Assembly (NCBI GenBank): GCA_965202585.1
Contig: OZ241828.1
Location: 45,384,001-45,448,000, forward strand
DNA: 64,000 bases
Origin: Thalia democratica
Taxonomy: Eukaryota
Direction of reading: 5' to 3'
The position numbers and the translations under genes are program-made. Shown one piece after another: positions 1 through 10,914 of the stretch (within the stretch, counting starts at the first letter, position 1; each line of letters starts with the position of its first letter). The notes below the pieces were generated by a model. That model was not told the origin of the DNA. It ran no database searches and worked only from the letters and a program-made list of their open reading frames with translations.

Positions 1-236
1 GGTTGCTGCCTTTCTTTTCTTTTATTTAATGATAAATCTTTTTTAATTTTTTCAATCTCGTACCTTTCCAAGCAACATAAATGGCATGTTTTATTGTTTT
101 TAGGTTTTGTTTTGGTTCTGCAAAGTAATTCCCATTTTAAATTATAGTCTAATATAGATAAATATATGTAAAATAAGGTTATTATTCAAACTTGAACACC
201 TTCTACTGAGCCCACTTGCAGGGCTTTTAAATAATT

Positions 237-656
237 TATTGAAATATACGATTTTAAAAATACTGGAACATATGTTTCATAAAGACAAAAAAGATTGTTT
301 TTAATCTTCAGCCAGTTCAAATTTAAAATAAAAATCACTTTGGTAAACAAAGATGCAAAAGTTTACAAAAAAAACAACAACAATATGACGTAAAAATTGA
401 ACATTGTACATCACAAATATTCAGTACAAAAATCGTATACTTTTGATTTTTAGGTAGATCGATTTTTGTACTAAATACTTGTAATGTACAATGTTCAATT
501 TTTACGTCATATTGTTGTTGCTTTTTTGTAAACTTTTGCATCTTTGTTTACCAAAGTGCTTTTTATTTTTATTTTGAACTGGCTGAAGATAAAGACAATC
601 TTTTTTGTCTTTATGAAACATATGTTCCAGTATTTTTAAAATCGTACATTTCAATA
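237..656. mobile_element. Foldback/MITE-like element with ~205-bp inverted arms
   Basis: 237-~445 (TATTGAAATATACGATTTTAAAAATACTGGAAC...) is the near-perfect reverse complement of ~460-656 (...GTTCCAGTATTTTTAAAATCGTACATTTCAATA). Both outer ends are TA, compatible with a TA target site. Non-coding. Confidence 0.75.
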
Positions 657-691
657 GATAAATACGTATATATATTTATCTAATTATATAA

Positions 692-763
692 AAACTATAA
701 TTTATACAGCTGTTTCATACATGAAATATAATATTTCATGTACTCCTCAGTGAGCTACAGTTT
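692..763 (-). ncRNA. Type I hammerhead ribozyme (Penelope pLTR type), stem I partly decayed
   Basis: Minus strand reads AAACUGUAGCUCA-CUGAGGA-GUACAUGAAAU(auuau)AUUUCAUGUAU-GAAA-CAGCUG-UA^UAAAUUAUAGUUU: CUGANGA core, 11-bp stem II, GAAA, palindromic stem III, GUA cleavage triplet (cut between 705 and 704). Stem I has two C-A mismatches. It lies 3' of the GIY-YIG ORF on the same strand. Confidence 0.75.
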
Positions 764-1184
764 ATTACAATAGTAAACAGAAGTTTAGATTTTGAAATTT
801 TTTATAATAATTGTGACGTAGTAATGATACAATTTATTGTACAGTTAGCTGAATTTGAAATGTTACGCTGTAGTTGTTAATTTATGCATTTTAGGAAAGT
901 TTAGAAAGGTTATTTTAGAAAAATGTATTAAGCTATTAGAAAAAAAAAATAGACTGTTGAAAAAATGTTATAAAATACTCGTGTTTGCCGCTTAAATTTT
1001 GTTTTGTTTAAATATTTAGCTGGTTTAAATTTTGTTAAAAAATACTTTTGATAATGGATACATATATTTTGTCTTTCGTTTTTCCTGTTTAGTGTTACGT
1101 TCTTCTCTGATTTTTCGATTTCTTTCTTTATAAGTTACAAAGTTTGCAGCCGAATTTAGTATTGAGTTTTGATTTTGTCCTGTT

Positions 1185-1625
1185 TTATATTTCCCATTTG
1201 ATTTTGAAGTCTGTAATGTTATCTTTTAAATTCCATATGTAGTTCGCTAGTTCTGTTGTGTATCTTTTGTTAATATTGTTGAATGATGATTTGTGGTTTC
1301 TGTATCTTTGTTTAAAAGTACTTACTGTGGATCCTATATACTGCTTTGTTGTTTTATTTGATGTTACTATTGCTTTATATATTATATTTGACACTAGGCA
1401 TTCGTCATTTAAAGGGAAAAGTTCTTTACGGCAATTACAAAGTTTATCTTTTATGGTGCTTTTATCTTCTATATTGTTTTTGTTTAATATTTTATTGTTG
1501 TGAGCTAATATTTTACTTCTGAAATTATTTGTACAACTGTAAGATATTTTAATTGTGCTTCGGTTTCTGATTACCACATTATTTGACGAAAACCACCCAC
1601 TCCATAAAATATTCAACCGAAACAC
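1185..1625 (-). pseudogene. Penelope-like GIY-YIG endonuclease domain remnant
   Basis: Translation contains CNCRKEL..PLNDECL (Cys linker) followed by IIYKAIV...QYIGSTVSTFKQRYRNHK...TELANYIWNLK, the GIY-YIG pattern of Penelope ORFs. The RT portion is absent. Confidence 0.85.
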
Positions 1626-1691
1626 AATTAAAATATCTTACAGTTGTACAAATAATTTCAGAAGTAAAATATTAGCTCACAACAATAAAAT
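1489..1691. repeat. 75-bp inverted repeat with ~53-bp loop
   Basis: TTTTATTGTTGTGAGCTAATATTTTACTTCTG...AATTGTGCTTCGG (1489-1563) is the reverse complement of CCGAAACACAATT...GCTCACAACAATAAAA (1617-1691). Confidence 0.85.
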
Positions 1692-1727
1692 ATAATTAGA
1701 TAAATATATTTACATATATATACAGTT

Positions 1728-2335
1728 TGTAACGCCTCTGGCTACAAATTAAATTCAGCAAAAGAGTTTTCTCTAATTAGGGGTTTTTTGTATTAATTTG
1801 TTAACTTTCTAAATTGCCGCCTTAGATTTGAATTATTAGATTTGTAAAAGCTCAAGCTGAACTTCCTATGTGCTAAATTGTGAGTATTGTCATTAATCTC
1901 TTATTTTCTAGTTCTGTCTCTTAAATTGAAATTTCTAATAAAGTTAAATTGAAGTTAATTTTACTGTGGTTTGCATAAATTTGAATAACTAAACTCTGCA
2001 GTTGATAAAATTAAATTGAAGTTAATTGTACTTTTGATTTGCATAAATTTGAATAAATAAACTCTGCTGTTGATAAAATTAAATTGAAGTTAATTGTACT
2101 TTTGATTTTCCATAAATTTAAATAACTAAACTTTGGTGTTAATAGATCATTATATTGAAATTATCTGTAATTTGGTTACATAAAATTGAATAAATAAGCT
2201 TTGTTGTGGATAATTAATTAAGAAGCAAGCTGCTTTTGGTGCTCTTAATAATCTCTGAAATTTACAAATCAAATTTAATTAATTTAAATATCTAAATATC
2301 TAAATATCTAAAATATCTAAATTTAATTAAACAAC
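1728..2335 (+). repeat. 5' LTR (right boundary approximate) containing a ~68-bp tandem repeat
   Basis: First ~186 bp match 6209-6394. Tandem units start at 1944, 2011 and 2079, with a decayed fourth at ~2150. An ATATCTAA microsatellite lies at ~2287-2320. The end is inferred from AAACA followed by a PBS-like TAGTGAGCC. Confidence 0.5.
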
Positions 2336-2368
2336 TAGTGAGCCACACCTAACTCTTGGTATAGCATA

Positions 2369-3262
2369 ATGAGTAATAGATCCAAGCCCCCCAAAAAGGA
2401 TAGTATGTTCTTTAAAGAGAACATACATCATACTTTAGACAAGGTCAACAGCCCCGAAACTCGCTGTAGCCAGCGTAACATTGACAGAGGGATCAACAAA
2501 AGGGGTGTTGACCCACACTCTTCGCGCCGTAGCCAACCTGGTCCATCAGATCAACCACAAGCAACGTGCGAAAGACATGGTGACCACGACGTGAGTGAAC
2601 ACGCTTTAATTGATACACAGGGTATAGAAATCAGTGCCGAGATTGACATGAACATAGGGGGGTATCAGTCAGGAAATAACCAAAAGGAGGAAGAACCCCA
2701 GGCAGCAATGGGCAGTTATCAACAACCTAGAGACCAGCCTAATCCAAGTGGTCTGCCAAGACAAAGCTACCCACCTCAACAAAATTCTACACCTAGCAAC
2801 TATGGGCCTCCACCAAGGGTGACAGGACCACCTAGCAACAGCTCCATTCCTCCAGCAAGAACTTCACCTTTGCCATTCCAACAACAACTCCAACCTAACC
2901 ACTTAAACATGGACTATTCCCTCCAAAACAACAGGAGACCCCCTATTCAAGTGCCACTTCAAGAACTGGGTGCCGAGGAGTTAGTACAGGGGATCAAAGA
3001 TTTGAAGGAACAAATTCGACGGGCTAAACTTCTAGAGGAATTTCGAAAATTACAAGAAGAATTACATGAATTGAGAAGTCTAAATCCATCCACAAGGACA
3101 AATCACGACATCTCAACTCAGGTTAGACAGAATACATACATGGATCCTCAAATCCAGGTTCCCCACCAGGTTTCACACACCTCAAAGGCTCAAGACCTAC
3201 CAAGGAGCCAGGTGATATCTCCGCCTCATGCAAAAAACGAGCTCCCAAACTCTCCGCAGTGA
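2369..3262 (+). CDS. gag-like ORF, N-terminal part (Pro/Gln-rich with short coiled coil)
   Basis: 297-aa ORF directly after the LTR, GC-richer than the host, with heptad segment LVQGIKDLKEQIRRAKLLEEFRKLQEELHELR. Position upstream of the protease. Confidence 0.55.
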   Translation: MSNRSKPPKKDSMFFKENIHHTLDKVNSPETRCSQRNIDRGINKRGVDPHSSRRSQPGPSDQPQATCERHGDHDVSEHALIDTQGIEISAEIDMNIGGYQSGNNQKEEEPQAAMGSYQQPRDQPNPSGLPRQSYPPQQNSTPSNYGPPPRVTGPPSNSSIPPARTSPLPFQQQLQPNHLNMDYSLQNNRRPPIQVPLQELGAEELVQGIKDLKEQIRRAKLLEEFRKLQEELHELRSLNPSTRTNHDISTQVRQNTYMDPQIQVPHQVSHTSKAQDLPRSQVISPPHAKNELPNSPQ

Positions 3263-3987
3263 GAGGGAGAGTGATTGGGGCTACACTATCTCACACCCAA
3301 GCTGTCCAGTTTGTAAATAAAACCGCCCCTCGACAGCAACCCCCATCTCAACCGAGATCAACCAGAAATGCCTCAAACTGCACTATAAGTCATCCAGGAA
3401 ATGAAGTGTCCACACCTTCAAACAAACCAAAGATGACTTTTCATACAAAGCAATCAGCCTCACATAGTGCAGCAGAAACACCTGATGAGAACCAAAGTTC
3501 TGAGCAACCGCAGCCAGCATCAACAGGGCCAGCGTCAACGGTCAGCGCCACCAAAGCCAGCACCTCCACGACAAGCGCCAACGATCCGAGCTACCTTAGC
3601 CAGCACCACAACGGGCAGTCCCAACGGTCAGCGCAAACACAGCCAGCATCACCAGGGCCAGCGTCAACGGTCAGCGCCACCTTAGCCAGCACCTCCACGA
3701 CAAGCGCCAACGATCCGAGCTACCTTAGCCAGCACCACAACGGGCAGTCCCAACGGTCAGCGCAAACACAGCCAGCATCACCAGGGCCAGAGTCAACGGT
3801 CAGCGCCACCTTAGCCAGCACCTCCACGACAAGCGCCAACGAACCGAGCTACCTTAGCCAGCACCACAACGGGCAGTCCCAACGGTTAGCGCAAACACAG
3901 CCAGCATCACCAGGGCCAGCGTCAACGGTCAGCGCCACCTTAGACCAGCACCTCCACGACAAGCGCCAACGATCCGAGCTACCTTAG
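3259..3987 (+). CDS. gag-like ORF continuation with 43-aa tandem repeats
   Basis: Overlaps the previous stop (GTGA). Contains QPASPGPASTVSATLASTSTTSANDPSYLSQHHNGQSQRSAQT repeats. A one-base insertion in copy 4 shifts the frame. Confidence 0.45.
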   Translation: MRGRVIGATLSHTQAVQFVNKTAPRQQPPSQPRSTRNASNCTISHPGNEVSTPSNKPKMTFHTKQSASHSAAETPDENQSSEQPQPASTGPASTVSATKASTSTTSANDPSYLSQHHNGQSQRSAQTQPASPGPASTVSATLASTSTTSANDPSYLSQHHNGQSQRSAQTQPASPGPESTVSATLASTSTTSANEPSYLSQHHNGQSQRLAQTQPASPGPASTVSATLDQHLHDKRQRSELP

Positions 3988-4164
3988 CCAGCACCACAAC
4001 GGGCAGTCCCAACGGTCAGCGCAAACACAGCCAGCATCACCAGGGCCAGCGTCAACGGTCAGCGCCACCTTAGCCAGCACCTCCACGACAAGCGCCAACG
4101 ATCCGAGCCACCTTAGCCAGCACCACAACGGGCAGTCCCAACGGTCAGCGCAACCGCAGCCAGA
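3511..4164 (+). repeat. 129-bp tandem repeat, 5 copies
   Basis: Units start at 3511, 3640, 3769, 3898 and 4028 (copy 4 is 130 bp) and are nearly identical. Confidence 0.95.
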
Positions 4165-4258
4165 ACCACAACAAAAATCTCTCGACACTACCAATCACAA
4201 TAAAGATAAAAGTGTAGAAAAATGGACTTTTCAACTGAATAAATTCCCTGCACCCAAA

Positions 4259-4845
4259 CCGAAGAACCTCCCTCAGAATCTACTATTTTTAGCGGATTCA
4301 AACACAAATGTTATTTTTTTGGTTGACAGCGGATCCGAAATTTCAATCCTGCCGAAGGAATTGACTAACGGTATAGACAAATATTTTCCTAAACAAAGTA
4401 GAACCATCCAAGGGTTTGGTAACAAAACAACCCACCCTATTGGTAGCGCGGATGTCGAACTTCAATTGGGGAATTTAGAACCCATCAACCACTCGTTCTG
4501 GGTTATTCAAGAATCACGCCACTTTGGCATTATTGGCATGGACCTGTTAAGAAAGAACGAACTAGCGATCCTGCCATCTACCTCTCAACTATGCAAGATG
4601 GGGTCAAACGAATCAGCTAGACTGTTCGCACCTGCTGAGTTGCCCACCCCTATAGTCGCTTCAGTCAACCACATCAATCTGGGTGGTAAGAATACGACTC
4701 CGTTAGAAGAAAAATGCAAAAGACTATTAATGGACTTCCCTGAAATTACCAGGAAGCCAACCTACCACGCAAAGCCAAAACACAACTACGAGCTCGAGAT
4801 AATATTGGATAATTACAAGCCTGCCATGGTCAAAGCCAGGAGACC
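4259..4845 (+). pseudogene. Retrotransposon aspartic protease and start of RT, truncated
   Basis: Frame reads PQNLLFLADSNTNVIFLVDSGSEISILP...IQGFG...IIGMDLL (DSG catalytic motif and IIGxD flap motif), then LLMDFPEI...YKPAMVKARR, after which homology stops. Confidence 0.85.
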
Positions 4846-5378
4846 TGGTGTTTTTTTGTACAAGCATAGAAAGATATTTGGTACTTTTTAGATGAATACT
4901 ACTTAAGGGCTTATTCAAATAAGCAACAGTTGATTTTCACTGATTATTTTGTACAACACCTAGAAGCTGCTTGCATTTTTTATATTACTGTTAAATGACT
5001 TAACTTTAAGAATTTTTTTAATTTTAAAATTAATGGGGTTTTTGATTTTATATTTATTTGTACAACCATTAAAAATTGGTATCTTATAGACATGTATTTT
5101 TTTTGTAATTATCTTAGCTAAAATAGGTACTGTGTGATATTTTATATAAAAATCTAAAATTTTCTATATTGCATTGAGTTTTGGTTGTCTCCTGTTTAGC
5201 ACTGGGAAAGCTTGCCAAGCAAATTGTAAAAATCATGGCTCAGTAACTTTCACTCATCTAGTTTGGTGGGGTAAGTCGAACTGCCACACCCCAGAGACCT
5301 CAGAATGAACCATTCTAATAAGAACAGGCTGCCACTACGTACAGCAGAATTGTAGTGACGATGTCGATTCGTCTGGAA

Positions 5379-5640
5379 ATGCATACATGGCAGCACACCT
5401 TCGGATGCCATGGGGGCAATGCCAACCCGTCTGCTGATGATGTCAAGCAGACCCTCGAATCCGTTGGCGTTGATGACGATGGTGAACAACGCCAGGTCGC
5501 CAGCGATTAATTCGCGGAGAAGGACGTCAGTGGAGCCAAACTTCCCGCCAGAGTTCTGGGAGAACCACTACAAGAAGAGCGGCCGTAGCTGGAGCAACCA
5601 GAGAAGAGGAGGAGAAGGCGAGTAAGAAGAGGCCGAGCCT
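5379..5640 (+). pseudogene. RPLP2: Degenerate intronless copy of 60S acidic ribosomal protein P2
   Basis: Core frame GGNANPSADDVKQTLESVGVDDDGEQ matches the P2 N-terminus pattern (LGGN.SPS..D.K.IL.SVG...D). Frameshifted flanks give M.YMAAHL, EKDV, GAKL and an acidic/Lys tail. Multiple indels and stops. Confidence 0.6.
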
Positions 5641-6196
5641 CAACCTCCAGTGTAAGAGTAAGGAACCATCATCATGAACGGTAAACATTGACTTTTAAAC
5701 AAACTTTTGACTCATGATTGTAATTAGGAATTTGTAAATTTATATTCAAAAAAAGTCTTTTCTTTACAATTTCTTTAGAATTTCTTTTTTATTTTGTTAA
5801 AAAAAGCATTTTTACCACACTTAAAAAGTGTCTTAAGCATTTACTACATTTAAATACTTATAGTTTTAATTTTACTTTAAAAATAGCTAGTAGAGTGTTT
5901 AAATCCAGATTTTGAATTAGCTCAAAAATGTTGTTATATGCAAGTACCTTTTAGCACATAAAGTTGATGATCATAAGTATCTCTTAAAATATTATGTCTG
6001 ATTATTACATGTAAATTACAAAAAGAAAGTTATAAACTTATGTTGCATGCTTATATATCTCTAAGTTGAGTGCTCTAGTGTATAATGGTTTTAACCTTGA
6101 CTATATTTAAAGTTTTTTTCAGTTTAACAAACGTTTAACACCTTAAAACTAATGTTTATCTAAAAAACCTAAGTTAAAATTCTAAAAATATTTAAT

Positions 6197-6208
6197 AAGA
6201 GGGGAAAA
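6197..6208 (+). promoter_or_regulatory. Polypurine tract of the LTR element
   Basis: AAGAGGGGAAAA immediately before the TGTAAC LTR start at 6209. Confidence 0.7.
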
Positions 6209-6537
6209 TGTAACGCCTCTGGCTATAAATTAAATTCAGCAAAAGAGTTTTCTCTAATTAGGGGTTTTTTGTATTAATTTGTTAACTTTCTAAATTGCCG
6301 CCTTAGATTTGAATGATTAGATGTGTGAAAGCTCAAGCTGAACTTCCTATGTGCTAAATTGTGAGTATTGTTATGAATCTCTTATTTTTTAGTTCATAGG
6401 AAGTTCAGCTTGAGCTTTCACACATCTAACAATTCAAATCTAAGGCGGCAATTTAGAAAGTTAACAAATTAATACAAAAAACCCCTAATTAGAGAAAACT
6501 CTTTTGCTGAATTTAATTTATAGCCAGAGGCGTTACA
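6209..6537. repeat. Truncated 3' LTR folded back on itself (143-bp arms, 43-bp loop)
   Basis: 6209-6351 is the reverse complement of 6395-6537; 6209-6394 matches 1728-~1915. Confidence 0.9.
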
Positions 6538-6555
6538 AGTTTTTTGTACAAACAG

Positions 6556-8596
6556 GCAGCTCTACAAAGGGGGATTACGTTCAGCATGGCAAGGTTATGG
6601 AGTTAATGCTGCTCGTATGTCAATAGTTAATATGAGTGAATTAGTAACTTATGACGTTTTTGGAGAATTAATACTAGAGTATAGAATTTTTAACAATAAA
6701 ATTTATTGTTACTTCACTTCAGCCTTTATTGGAGGTAAGCTTGTTTGTACTAGTTTAAGGTCTAGTAGGCAAAAATATATAGGGGTAGGGAATTTTTATT
6801 ATAAGTTGGTATTATATTAAATACATTTAACTAAATTTGCAGTTTATTACAAAAAACGCTTTGATTTTTCTCTAAGTCCAGAATCGTTTTTTAGATATAA
6901 GGTTCAAGGTCGGAAGTTTAATAAGTTCTTTAAGGAAGGAACAATTTTAAAACCAGAAAAATAAAAATAAATAAAGTATTTATATTCTCCTATTATTTTT
7001 AAGCAATCGTTAACAATTTTTTCAGGCTTATTATAATTAAAAAATTGAAAATTGTGTCATAGGAATTTTATAAAAATAATGAAATTTTTATTTCTTATAC
7101 AAAAAACACGAGTATGTTTTTCTTTTATTAAATAAACTTTTATTTTATTAAAAAAGAATTGTTGCATAGAACTTCATCTTATAAAACTAGATACATTTCG
7201 TAGAAGTTTGAGGTTAGTTGTTAAAAGAAAAATAAAATAGATTTTTAGCAAATGTTTCAAAGAAATAAAATTGACAATGAAAAGTTTTTCTTAAATACGT
7301 TTCTATGTAAACTCTTTTTTTTGATGTCTATATATGAAGTATTTTTGGTATTCGTAATGTTTAGATTGAGCTTTCCAATGTTAATTTTTGTAAAAAAAAA
7401 GTAAATTTAGGTCTTTTTTTTCTTAAATTTATTAGTGTACTTGATACTTAATGAGAAATAAGTTAAACAAAATTTTAGAGACTGATATATGTCAGTTGAA
7501 TGTAAAATGCTTGATATTTTAAAATAAAGCACTATAAAATCTAGATCGTGGTTATTTTAGTAACTCTTTTTCTGTTTACTTTTGAGTATAATTATGAAAA
7601 GAAAATCAAATAAAAAATCTATGCTGTGTCAAGTTCTAATCTGAATGTTTAGATAAATGCTTTCAAATTACTCGTCATATTTTTCAGTATATTTTGTTAA
7701 AAATTAGTGATAAATAAAAGCAATAGTATACACATAAATAAATAAGCTCTTCAAAAAAAATTATATGTTTTTAAACTTTAATTTTTTAGTAAAATATAAT
7801 TCTCTTATCACATACCCACTTTATTTTTTTATAAAACCTTACATTGTTACAATTTAATAGTTTATTAACAATAAGAAAACTTTAAATATGCGTACAAAAA
7901 GAAAAGTTTACAGCACTTTATTATTTATATCTAAATAAAATTACGTTAAAGTTACATAATTCAGTGGCAAACAACTCTTATTTTAATATATATGTAAGTA
8001 TGTTTTGACATTTTTTAACGATAAAATTGTATGGCGTATTACTTTTATATTTGAGATGTTATTTAAAATTTATTTAGAGTTTTTAATTAGTCATAAAAAA
8101 CAGTTTTTAACCGAACTACAGGATTGATTACAACAATATTAGCATCGCCTATAGACGATGTAAAAACAAAATACATGAACGCTCAAAAAGGTGTATATGC
8201 TGGAGTTTTTAGATGTGTAAAATTAACATTTATAAAAGAAGGTCCACTAGCTTTCTACAATAGGTATTTATTTTTTTTGTGTTTTAAAATAGTTGCAAAA
8301 AAATATTTTTAGTAAGTGTAAAAAAAAAAAAATTTGAGAGAAATTTTATCTGTGTTATAATTTAAAAGTTTAATTTTGATCAAGTTTAAAATGTTTTACG
8401 TTATTTGAGAGTAAAAAAAAAATTATATGCTTAATCATAAATAATTTTGGTTTTTATTCCTCCTTTACTTTAATACCAACTTTTAAAGTGTTAGTTTAAC
8501 TTAAAATTTAGGTTTTTACCAGCCTTTACACGTTTAGGACTATGGAACATCGTCATGTGGATATCGTATGAGCAATATAAGTTTATTTGGAACTAG
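6556..8596 (+). CDS. Mitochondrial carrier (SLC25), uncoupling-protein-like; last three exons 6556-6734, 8122-8263, 8512-8596
   Basis: Spliced: QLYKGGLRSAWQGYGVNAARMSIVNMSELVTYDVF...CYFTSAFIGG/LITTILASPIDDVKTKYMN...KEGPLAFYN/RFLPAFTRLGLWNIVMWISYEQYK..*. Shows the PxDxxKxK carrier signature, UCP-type IVNxxELVTYD and RLGxWN motifs, and phase-consistent GT-AG junctions. The first acceptor is approximate and the upstream exons are not in view. Confidence 0.85.
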
Positions 8597-8628
8597 CTTA
8601 TCTTAAGTAGAATTCTGATACTAACTCA

Positions 8629-8634
8629 AATAAA
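8629..8634 (+). terminator. Candidate polyadenylation signal of the UCP-like gene
   Basis: AATAAA about 33 nt after the TAG. Weak evidence in AT-rich DNA. Confidence 0.3.
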
Positions 8635-10914
8635 ATAGTATTGTTACTATAACTAAAAGTTAAAATAACTTTTTTTCTGTAATTAAAGTATATTATGTAA
8701 AGTTTATAATGTTTTATGTTAAATTAAGATATACTATATGAGAAGTAAAAAATAGTGAAAAGGAGTTATGTATTTGGAAAAAAACGTAATTCGCTAAATC
8801 TTAAAGATACAGATAAGCAAAGCCGCTCAGAAAATTAAAACAAACTGATTTTGTACGCAAATACTTTATTCAACAACTGGTGTTTTGTTAAGAAAAGATA
8901 CAATATAAACATCAAGACGAAGTTTATAAAGATTATAATGTAAAATTATAAAATGCATGCGAAAAAATGTACATAATACGTTCAAATCTATAAATAAAAA
9001 AATGAAAACAAACAATGTTTTATGACCACTTCGGATTTTATATTTAAAGATCAAACCGTCTTCAGAAACAAAAAAAAAGTTTGATTTAAACAAGAGCTTA
9101 TTCAAACATTACAAATTTAAAACTAAATTTAAGTCATTAGACAAATTATTAATACTTAAGTTTTTTTTAACAATAAAGTTCTTCAAAAGAAATTCTGTAC
9201 GAAAGTTTTTAAGTGGTAAACGTTTGGGATAAATTGAAAATATATGTGTCTTGAGGTTTAAACAAAATTAATAAAACTAGTTTTGTTGATAATTAAAATT
9301 CCGATAAAACCTTTTGTGTTTGAAGATAGAATCTGATTTTTATTTAACTTTATTGTTGGTTGTTTTAGTTTTACTGAAGAAAAACTTTCAGTAACAAACA
9401 CATATACTTAGTCTTTCATATTTTTGTTAAAGTATTTAGGTTTATCAGTGTTTTCTATGTTTTATATTTGTCATAAGCAGTTCAACATTATTTTAATAGT
9501 TTGTTTTAATATGCCCTGCCAAAAAACATAAGTTTAGCTAAAACTTGTTGATGTTAATACCGTAATACTAAAAAAATATTTTTATTTTAATCATAAGCCT
9601 AAGCTATAAGTAACTATTTAAAAACCAAAAAATTTTTTTTTTTAAATAAACGAATTATTTTTTAGTTAAACTAACTTTAGATACGTGCAAATAGAATGAA
9701 ATCAAAAATTTGATTAGTGAAATAAGTTGTTGATAGATTAAACTAGTTTAATCTAAAATGTATACATATGTACTTTACATAGCATGAGAGCGTTTTCTCG
9801 ATTATTGCGGTTAATAACTTAACTAAATAAACAATCGTATTTTATATTAAGGTTGTCACTATCTTTGTAATGAACTTAAAAGTTTAGATAAAGGAAATGA
9901 GTTTTAAGAAGATAAGAAATTAGTCGGCATCCTTTAATAAGTCGCGGGCAAGTCCTAGAAAATTAGAAGTACATATTACGAATAAAGTAATCAATACATA
10001 AAAAATATTTTAAAAAAATAAGTAAATAAGTAATTAGTAACTAATGAACTAAAGACTTAGTTGTAAGTTAAAAAAAAATTTCAAGTTTATAAAAACTATG
10101 CTTTCAGCTAAGAAGTACATCGTAGGCCGCATATTTTTGCTCTAAGGGGCGGAATTTACCGATCACTGACGTACATTAACAAAACTATACAAACTTTAAA
10201 TATTTTAGTTTTTTAGTCATGTTTATACATTTGCTTACCAAGAATTAAAAAATAAAGCTATAAAACCTGTGTATTAACTATATATATAAGTTAATTAATA
10301 CATAGTTCAAGTTTAGTGTTTGATTTAAAACTTTACTTATGTTAGTTTTTTATTTTAAGCAAACCTAAGTAAAATTCTTTATAAAACTTTTTTGTAATTG
10401 TCTACATAAACTGTTTTATTTAAAAAGTTTTTTGTGCAATGTAAGTATAAACGTAAAAAAGTATAAAATTGATGTTAAAAAGATAATAAAAGTTAACTAG
10501 CAATTTATAGTAAAGTTATAATAATCGTTACTTTTGATAAAATTTTTTAAATCAAGTTGTTTAAATGCAGTCAATAAATAAAAAAAGTTAAAGTTTACAT
10601 AGAGTTGTTTTACAGAATAAATATAAATATAATTTAAACTATTACATTTTAAGTAAAAAGTATATTAGTAAAATTAGTAAAAGTTTTATATGTTTACCAA
10701 CTTTATTTAAGTCTCATAGTTATGAGTTTTAAATATCTTTAAAAAATATCATTTAAGCGGACTTAAAATTTTATTGATATTGTACAAATTTATTATTTAT
10801 GCACATTAATTATATTTGTTTTTAGTACAATACAAAAAAAATATCGGCAAAAGTCGATCAGAGCCAATACCTTAAATTATTTGTGCTGTGAGAAAAGCTC
10901 AACTTAAAAATAAA

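Larger units (their letters stand above)
690..1691 (-). mobile_element. Penelope-like retroelement 3' fragment with terminal inversion
   Basis: GIY-YIG endonuclease remnant, downstream hammerhead, and an inverted duplication (1489-1563 vs 1617-1691) of the kind common in 5'-truncated Penelope insertions. Confidence 0.8.
1728..6537 (+). mobile_element. Defective Ty3/gypsy-like LTR retrotransposon, internally substituted, with inverted 3' end
   Basis: TGTAACGCC LTR start at 1728 and again at 6209 after a polypurine tract (AAGAGGGGAAAA). Contains gag-like ORFs and an aspartic protease; pol breaks at ~4845. Ends ...GCGTTACA at 6537. AGTT lies on both sides (1724-1727, 6538-6541). Confidence 0.8.

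Noticed and set aside
198-228. Hammerhead-like CTACTGA-GCCC-ACTTGCA-GGGC hairpin
   Set aside because: The core deviates from CUGANGA and GAAA is missing; at most a dead relic.
2171-2180. GGTTACA as the 5' LTR end
   Set aside because: It falls within the decayed fourth 68-bp tandem unit and is not followed by a PBS-like sequence.
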